From Nibricoccus sp. (GTDB lineage: Bacteria > Verrucomicrobiota > Verrucomicrobiia > Opitutales > Opitutaceae), in NCBI GenBank assembly GCA_047602425.1, contig JASGHG010000001.1, positions 3,936,001-4,000,000 on the forward strand: a DNA stretch of 64,000 nucleotides, written 5' to 3'. The number at the start of each line of letters is the position of its first letter. Positions within the stretch are counted from its first letter, which is position 1. Below the pieces are notes generated by a model that worked only from the letters and a program-made list of their open reading frames with translations, made no database searches and had not been told where the DNA came from. Below are positions 57,975-64,000 of this stretch, one piece after another. The position numbers and the translations under genes are program-made.

Positions 57975-58047
57975 GAGAGGGAAACTGAGACGGAATGTCG
58001 TGCCGGTGGGCCCGGTTTCGAAGAGGATGAGTTCGGCGCCGACTTGG
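57975..58047 (-). pseudogene. Relic 3' end of a histidine kinase gene
   Basis: QVGAELILFETGPTGTTFRLSFPL vs QIGAELTLAQTGPTGTTFKLKLPL of the kinase at 59003-59075. Confidence 0.75.
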
Positions 58048-58105
58048 TTGGTGCGATGTGAAGCGTCGCATGGGTTTGGCTGCTGGGCTCTCCTCAACTG
58101 AACGC

Positions 58106-58954
58106 TTACGGACGACCGAAATCCTCTAATGGGTCGCGGTCGACGCCCATGAGGGTGCTCATGCTGCGCAGGCCGTCGGACTCTTCGTTGTAGCCGTAAC
58201 TTTTACCCGTGATTTGTTGCAGGACTTTCGCGGCATTGTTCCGGACGTGGACGTAGGGATCGTTCAAGGCGCTCTCCAAAGCGAGGACGCCGGTTCGGCT
58301 GTTGATCCAGCCTAACGCGCGCACGATTTGTAGGCGGAGGTTTTGGTTCTCTTCATTGAGCAGATGATCGGCCAGCACGGGGACGGCGCGTTCATTTCCG
58401 AGAAGTCCCAAGGTGATGGCAGCTTCGGCTTTCGATGGGCCGTCGAAGCTGTTGGTTGTGCCGTAGGTGAGAATCAGGGTGCATTTTTCGATCACAGCGT
58501 CGGCGGAGCAATTGCCGGGAGCGAAGGCGGGGCTGCGAGAGTAGCCGTAGGTGGGCGTTTCACCTTTGATGCGGCTGATGGCGAGTGCGGCTTGTTTCGG
58601 GATGTGTTGGTAACGGTCGCCGGCGGCGGCTTCGAGCGTGGGCAGCGAGGATGGGAAACGAAGCCAGCCCAAGGCACGCACCACTTGGAGGCGCCGGTTG
58701 TTGTTGGATTGGCTTTCGTATTCCGCGACGAGGAGAGGCACGGCTTTTTCGTTGCCGGAAAGTCCGAGAGCGATCACCGCATCGGTTGCATTGGCGGCGG
58801 TCATGCTGGTCGAGCGGTTTTGCTTGATGAGCTTGGCGCACCGTTCAAACAGGTCGTCGGAACTGTTGCCCTCGGCGCCAACGGCCGAACTGGTAAAAAG
58901 CGACAAAACGATGCATAAGGCCAGAAAAGGAAGAATGGAGGAGAGGGTTTTCAT
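58106..58954 (-). CDS. Exported HEAT-repeat protein (two-fold internal duplication)
   Basis: Signal peptide; ALGLSGNEKAVPLL/TLGLLGNERAVPVL and RLQVVRALGW/RLQIVRALGW. Confidence 0.85.
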   Translation of the reverse strand: MKTLSSILPFLALCIVLSLFTSSAVGAEGNSSDDLFERCAKLIKQNRSTSMTAANATDAVIALGLSGNEKAVPLLVAEYESQSNNNRRLQVVRALGWLRFPSSLPTLEAAAGDRYQHIPKQAALAISRIKGETPTYGYSRSPAFAPGNCSADAVIEKCTLILTYGTTNSFDGPSKAEAAITLGLLGNERAVPVLADHLLNEENQNLRLQIVRALGWINSRTGVLALESALNDPYVHVRNNAAKVLQQITGKSYGYNEESDGLRSMSTLMGVDRDPLEDFGRP

Positions 58955-58990
58955 GAATGAAACGGGGGGAAGACGGTTGGGAAGAAACGA

Positions 58991-60394
58991 TCAGTTTGGG
59001 GAGAGAGGGAGTTTCAATTTGAATGTGGTGCCGGTGGGGCCGGTTTGGGCGAGGGTGAGTTCGGCGCCGATCTGGCGGGCGAGGAGTTGCGAAATGGCGA
59101 GGCCGAGGCCCGTGCCACCGGGTTTGGTGGTGCGGCCTGGTTGGAAAAGGTTGGCACGGATCGGATCGGGAATGCCCGCGCCTTGATCCGAAACGAGGAC
59201 CGAAAGCTGGCCGTCGCCGTTGTTCAGGGCGACGTCGATGTTGCGGCCGGAGGGCGTGGCGGCGATGGCGTTGTCGACGAGGTTGGAGACGATAAGGCAG
59301 ACGAGGCTGCCACGGTGGCTGTCGAGGGTTTGCGGGAAGTTGTCGCGCACGGAGAGGAGCACGCCTTTGCGCGCGGCTTGCGGTGAGCCCCGCTGGCGGA
59401 TGGTTTCGGCGAGTTCGCGGCCGGTGAGTTCGTAGCGAGTTTGGGCCTCGATGTCACCGAGCAAGGCGACGGTTTCCTGAATGAGGCTTTGCATGCGTTC
59501 GGTATAGCCGGCGGCGGACTGCCAGTCCTCGGAGGCTTGCGGGGCGTGATCGTGGCTGGCGACGACGGTGCGGAGGCCGGCGACGGAACCTTGCAGGCCA
59601 TGGATGAGGTGCGAGGTGATCTGCCCGAGGGCGGAAGCCTTGGCGGCGAGCGTGAGCTCGAAGTTGGCTCTGGTGAGTTGTTCGTTGCGGAGGGCAACGG
59701 CGTTTTGCGCGCGGCGCAGCCCGAGGTAGGCGAGGCCGAGGACGGCGGCGATGAGGCTGATGCCGATTATAAGGGTTGCATTGGTCTGGCGTCGAATGCG
59801 CTGGTCGATGGACGATAGTTCGAGAGAAAGCGGAAGCGCATCGATATAGTAGCGGACAAAGCCGATTGGGGACGTGGAGTTCCGGCTGAGCAGCGGAAGC
59901 AGGACTTCAAGCACGGGAGCGGTGCGGCGCGGTGCGATGCCTGCGAAATAGCGGTCGAGCGGAAACGCGTCATGATAGCGGCTCAGGGGCGTACCGCTTA
60001 GGAGCCGCAGGTAGTCGTCGGCAGGCAGTTCCACAAAAAGCATGGTCGCGGGCACGGCCTGCACCGTTCCGCCATCCTCGTCGAAGACAGCGACGCCAAG
60101 CATGCCCCGCTGATTGGCACTTTTGAAAACATTGGCGAGGCGGACGCCTGGGTCGGTGGCGGTGGGATTAGCGGTTTCGGCCTCCGCCACCTGCTGGAGG
60201 GCGACAGGGTAAAGCACAGCGGCGTCGCGCCCAATGATTTTTTGTCGGATGTCTTCGCGCAATTCGGTGCGGAAGCGAACAACCATGCCGGCAAAAATGG
60301 CAACGAGGAGGAGCGTAGTCGCGAGCGTGATGAGCGCCAGACGACTCGAGGGGCGTTTGGGTGAGGTCGGTGGGGACGTTTCCGATTTCGCCAT
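58991..60394 (-). CDS. Membrane sensor histidine kinase
   Basis: Two TM helices flanking a periplasmic domain; NLVDNAI, DQGAGI, GTGLGLAIS; atypical H-box SHLIHGLQG. Confidence 0.88.
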   Translation of the reverse strand: MAKSETSPPTSPKRPSSRLALITLATTLLLVAIFAGMVVRFRTELREDIRQKIIGRDAAVLYPVALQQVAEAETANPTATDPGVRLANVFKSANQRGMLGVAVFDEDGGTVQAVPATMLFVELPADDYLRLLSGTPLSRYHDAFPLDRYFAGIAPRRTAPVLEVLLPLLSRNSTSPIGFVRYYIDALPLSLELSSIDQRIRRQTNATLIIGISLIAAVLGLAYLGLRRAQNAVALRNEQLTRANFELTLAAKASALGQITSHLIHGLQGSVAGLRTVVASHDHAPQASEDWQSAAGYTERMQSLIQETVALLGDIEAQTRYELTGRELAETIRQRGSPQAARKGVLLSVRDNFPQTLDSHRGSLVCLIVSNLVDNAIAATPSGRNIDVALNNGDGQLSVLVSDQGAGIPDPIRANLFQPGRTTKPGGTGLGLAISQLLARQIGAELTLAQTGPTGTTFKLKLPLSPN

Positions 60395-60490
60395 GTTGGT
60401 CAGTGCACGGTCAGGTTGACGGAAATCCGGGGCGGACACACATAGAATTTCAGATATTGTGCGGGTTATTCCTATTATTCAGTCGTTGGG

Positions 60491-60593
60491 ACCGCTGATT
60501 TTCGCTAATTAACGCTAATTCAGAAGAAACTGGGTGCGGACCAGTTTATCTATCGGCGTCCGATCTTAGCGGAAATTAGCGCTAATTAGCGGT
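60491..60593. repeat. Inverted 10-nt-periodic repeat element (CGCTAAT units)
   Basis: ACCGCTGATTTTCGCTAATTAACGCTAAT ... TTAGCGGAAATTAGCGCTAATTAGCGGT. Confidence 0.7.
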
Positions 60594-60724
60594 TCAAGAA
60601 TTTCTGGACTTGGGTGAAATTGATTGGGGCAGGTTGTTATGGAAAACGAGGATGAGGGCGACGGCTGAGTCGAACCGGCGACGACGGCGCGTCGCCCTCC
60701 ATCGGACTTTCTACAGAAGAAGCG

Positions 60725-62665
60725 CTAGAATTCTCCTTCAGGCAGGGGCAATGCGAGTTTTTCCAGGGCGATCTCGAAGAACAGCCGGCGCTGTTCGGGG
60801 GAAAGGCCTGGCTGATAGACGGCGGTTTGGTAATCCGTGTAAGGTTGCCAGGATTCCTCTTCGCGCAGGGCAGTGAGGAAGGCGGAGAGCAGCGATGCGA
60901 CGGATGGAGCTCCCTCGGCGGTGCGATGGGCGGCGGCAAAGGCGGCGACGGCGCTGCGAATGGATTCCTTCTCGCGATCGAGCTGGGCAAAACGCTGGGC
61001 ATTTTCCTTGTTTAGCTGGTTTACGGCCTCGCGCATTTTGTCGAGGTTGCCCGGAGGAACGCGCGAGCCTCCCTCCAATTGATAGCTAAGGTCGGACGTG
61101 CTGGATTTGGGCCGCATGCCTTTAGATTGAGGGGCTAGTTCGGTGCGAATCTCTTCGAGACGAGCCTGGACCGTTTTTTGCAGGGCCTGTTTTTCCTTGC
61201 GGTACGAATTGATGCGGGCGGAGAGCTCCGGTGGGAAAGCAGGGCCGGTGCTGGGACCCGGGGGCTTCGGCAGCGCGGCGAGACCGGCGCGGATATCGTC
61301 GGCCAACAGATCGAGCGAAGCGATGGCGGTGGCCTGTTGTTCGGCAAGCTGCTTGAGAGCCTGCGTGCGCTTGGACTCTGAGCTGTTGTCGTATTGATAA
61401 ATGGCGTCGCGAAGCTCCGTTTTGAGACGGTTTTTCTCATTTTGATAGAGGGCGATCTTGGCCTCGAGCTCTTCGGGAACGTCCGTGGGAATGTGAATGC
61501 GCGCGGTTTCGGGGGAGAAGTAGAGCCATTTCTCTTCTCCTTTTAAGGACGTTTCCTTCACGTTGGGTTTGAAGGCTTCGACCTGTAACTCCATCGCGAC
61601 TTCGCGGAGAAGACGGCGTTGCGCGGGCGAAAGCCCTTCCTGATAGAAGACCGCGGCGCGCATGACCAGGAATTCGTAGATGAGGGTTTTGGTGCGCGCT
61701 TCCGGGCTCTGACTGCCGCCGAGCCGCCATTGGCGGGTTTCGTTCCAATCGCCGGTGCCTGAAATGAAACCGACGAGTCCGCCGTGCAAAAGGTCGCTGC
61801 GAAGCTGTTCGGCGGTGGCTTCGAGCTCGACGATGCGCGGGGTCTGCTCGCGGGAAAACGCTTCGAGTTGGGTTACGCGCTCGGCGGCCGGGGCGTCCTT
61901 GAGCGAGGCGAGCTTTTGCTGAAGCTCGGTTTGTAGGGCGCTCCGTTTGGTTCGGTAATTTTCCAACCGTGAGAGGAGTTTTTTGGAAAGATCTTTCGAG
62001 TACAGCCGTGTGCTAAGCGGCGCGTAAAAGGGCTCGTAAACATGGCTGGCGAGATCCTTGGGCGCGGCCGCGCGCTCCACGGGCGAGCGTTTGGGCGGCG
62101 GTGGTGCACCAATGGGCGGGGGAATGGGCGGGAAAAAGATCGGTGTTTCCCGCAAGTTCGATCCGCGGCGAGCATAGCCGTCGTAGTAGTTTGAAAAAAG
62201 CGGGTCGTAAAAGAACTGGTCATAGAACGGGCTGTAGCGATGCCCACCCCAGAAATAATAGTTGCCGCCCCAGTAGTAACAACCGCCCCAATAGGGATAA
62301 CCGCCGTGCATGCCTCCTCCTCCGCCGTAGTAGCCGCCACCGGAATAACCACCGCCGGGGCCGGGCTGGAAACCGGTGCCTGAATCGTGGCTTGGACCTG
62401 GCGAGATGAAACGGCTGCCGGAATCGTTGCTTGGCGGTGGGGAATAGTTTGAAGGAGGCGGAGAATAGGACGAGCCTGACCCGGAATTGGACGGCGGTGG
62501 TGCAGGCGGCGGAGTGGAACTGCTGTCGGAAGGACCTGGAGCGATGAAGCGGTCGCTGGCGAGTCCGGTGGTGGCCCCGAGGAGAAGGAGGCTGGCCAGG
62601 CCGCCGAACAACCAGGTGCGCGGGTTGCGCCGCATCTGGGCCGGCAAGGGAAAATGGTTTTTCAT
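60725..62665 (-). CDS. Exported hypothetical protein (Pro/Ser and Gly/Tyr low-complexity N-terminus, repeated helical modules)
   Basis: 646-aa ORF with a signal-like hydrophobic segment; internal repeat YQEGLSPAQRRLL / YQPGLSPEQRRLF. Confidence 0.8.
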   Translation of the reverse strand: MKNHFPLPAQMRRNPRTWLFGGLASLLLLGATTGLASDRFIAPGPSDSSSTPPPAPPPSNSGSGSSYSPPPSNYSPPPSNDSGSRFISPGPSHDSGTGFQPGPGGGYSGGGYYGGGGGMHGGYPYWGGCYYWGGNYYFWGGHRYSPFYDQFFYDPLFSNYYDGYARRGSNLRETPIFFPPIPPPIGAPPPPKRSPVERAAAPKDLASHVYEPFYAPLSTRLYSKDLSKKLLSRLENYRTKRSALQTELQQKLASLKDAPAAERVTQLEAFSREQTPRIVELEATAEQLRSDLLHGGLVGFISGTGDWNETRQWRLGGSQSPEARTKTLIYEFLVMRAAVFYQEGLSPAQRRLLREVAMELQVEAFKPNVKETSLKGEEKWLYFSPETARIHIPTDVPEELEAKIALYQNEKNRLKTELRDAIYQYDNSSESKRTQALKQLAEQQATAIASLDLLADDIRAGLAALPKPPGPSTGPAFPPELSARINSYRKEKQALQKTVQARLEEIRTELAPQSKGMRPKSSTSDLSYQLEGGSRVPPGNLDKMREAVNQLNKENAQRFAQLDREKESIRSAVAAFAAAHRTAEGAPSVASLLSAFLTALREEESWQPYTDYQTAVYQPGLSPEQRRLFFEIALEKLALPLPEGEF

Positions 62666-62710
62666 GGCGGAAATATTTTGGGCGGACTGAGTGGTTTGTC
62701 AGGGCGGCCG

Positions 62711-63325
62711 TCAGAAACGGAAATTGAGCCCGAGCGAGTAGGTGATGGATTCGCTCTCGTAAAAGGAGGCGCCGATCATCGCGCCGAGTTTGGGGGTGAA
62801 CCAGGTGTTCAGCCCGAACTTGTAGATCCAAGCGGAGTCGTAACTGCTATTGAAATATTCGGTGTAGGCGGCGGAGGCGAACAGCGCGCTCGAGCGCGTG
62901 ACCGGAATTTCCAGACCAAAGCTGGTGGCCCAAAGCGATTCGCGGTTCCGATATTTAACGTTGTTGTAGGTAGAAGATTGGTTGGTTTCGCCAATGGAAA
63001 ATTCGACGAAGGGTTTGGCCCATTCGAGATCGGCATAGGCGGTGACGTAGCCGCCAATCCGCCGGTCGGTGTAATTGAAGTTGCTGAAACGTTCGCTCGA
63101 GGCGCGGAAGCCGGCGTCGAGGAAATCGAGAATCGGAACGTTGGCGAACAGCTCGACGCCGTTGCCATTGTCCATGTTCGAATCGCGGACATTCTCCGTG
63201 AAGAAGCCGAGTCCGGCGTAACGTTTGCCGATGAAACCGGCGTCCATTTGGGCTTGGGCGGCGCTGGCGAGAGCGAGCAGACCGAGAATGACGAGCAAAA
63301 GGCGGGGTGTAGAATGTTTTGTCAT
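62711..63325 (-). CDS. Outer-membrane beta-barrel protein
   Basis: Signal peptide (AQA), alternating aromatic beta-strands, C-terminal YSLGLNFRF. Confidence 0.85.
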   Translation of the reverse strand: MTKHSTPRLLLVILGLLALASAAQAQMDAGFIGKRYAGLGFFTENVRDSNMDNGNGVELFANVPILDFLDAGFRASSERFSNFNYTDRRIGGYVTAYADLEWAKPFVEFSIGETNQSSTYNNVKYRNRESLWATSFGLEIPVTRSSALFASAAYTEYFNSSYDSAWIYKFGLNTWFTPKLGAMIGASFYESESITYSLGLNFRF

Positions 63326-63340
63326 GGTGCTGTACCTATT

Positions 63341-63357
63341 AACTAGTTCCGTGCCAA
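63341..63357 (-). promoter_or_regulatory. Putative sigma54 (-24/-12) promoter
   Basis: Minus strand TTGGCACGGAACTAGTT: -24 box perfect, -12 box deviant (TAGT). Confidence 0.5.
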
Positions 63358-63440
63358 CGTTGGGTTTATATCCATAAGCTATTGATGATTAAATGAAAAC
63401 GATTCGATGCGGCGAAGAAACCGACTGCGTCATAGCTGTA

Positions 63441-63502
63441 ATTGGTTGCAGCCAACCAATCCATGAGCTCGGAAGAAGCCATGGTTGGGTGCGGCCAACC
63501 AT
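63441..63502. promoter_or_regulatory. Tandem palindromic enhancer-like sites
   Basis: ATTGGTTG-CAGC-CAACCAAT (63441-63460) and ATGGTTGG-GTGCGG-CCAACCAT (63481-63502). Confidence 0.55.
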
Positions 63503-63514
63503 GCGTGGATATCC

Positions 63515-64000
63515 TTACGGGGCGGACGTTGTCCCGGGCTGCTGATTCAACCGGTAGCGGAGAAATTCGCGGGTGACGCCGAGGCGACGGGCGGCGGCGG
63601 AGACATTTCCATTGGTTTCGCGCAGAGCTTCGTCGACGAGATCGGCGACGACTTGGTCGAGAGCGAAGCCGTCCTCGGGCAGGCGCCAGGCAGGATTGCG
63701 CCAACTGGTTGCTACCGGCAATGAGGTGCCGGTGGCGCTGGTCAATTGGGCAAAATCGAGCTGCGTACCATTGCTGAAAATGACCGCACGCTCCAGCACG
63801 TGGGCGAGTTCGCGAACATTGCCGGGCCAACGGTGTGCGAGCAAACGGGCTTCGCCGGATGGCGAGATTGTGAGCCCGGGCAGCCGGTGGCGCACGGCCA
63901 TGGGCTTTAGAAGGTGACGGGCGAGGGCGAGGATGTCGGAACCGCGTTCGCGCAGCGGCGGCAACGTCACATGCAACAAATGCAGGCGGTGATAGAGGTC
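63515..64000 (-). CDS. Sigma54-dependent transcriptional activator (NtrC/Fis type), 3' part
   Basis: LPPLRER..DI, WPGNVREL, C-terminal Fis HTH GNVSAAARRLGVTR; 5' end outside window. Confidence 0.92.
   Translation of the reverse strand, partial: DLYHRLHLLHVTLPPLRERGSDILALARHLLKPMAVRHRLPGLTISPSGEARLLAHRWPGNVRELAHVLERAVIFSNGTQLDFAQLTSATGTSLPVATSWRNPAWRLPEDGFALDQVVADLVDEALRETNGNVSAAARRLGVTREFLRYRLNQQPGTTSAP

Noticed and set aside
57699..58097. 132-aa minus-strand ORF as a real gene
   Set aside because: Only ~24 codons resemble a protein (kinase tail relic); the rest looks non-coding.

Overview
GC-rich bacterial chromosome segment, most consistent with an Opitutaceae (Verrucomicrobiota) genome; this assignment is inferred from gene content and protein style. 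Most of the window is housekeeping: rpmB, ctpA, tsaD, riboflavin synthase, UDG, opgG/opgH, metK-ahcY, manC, ruvX-truA-comF-accD-folC, rlmJ and ispH. It also carries polysaccharide enzymes (pectate lyase, GH78), a phosphorelay/GspE cluster, an ECF sigma-Ser/Thr kinase pair and a sigma54-type module at the right end. An accessory island at about 50.6-58 kb holds a frameshifted N6-adenine MTase with a coupled PD-(D/E)xK nuclease gene and an IS66 element (8-bp TSD). The most unusual signal is a phase-locked, degenerate 14 x 21-bp array with a TTGAGT-like core. The IS66 splits this array, which lies directly upstream of a structured leader and a small coiled-coil protein with basic tails. No rRNA, tRNA or CRISPR array was recognised. 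All product calls come from motif recognition by eye, not from database searches.
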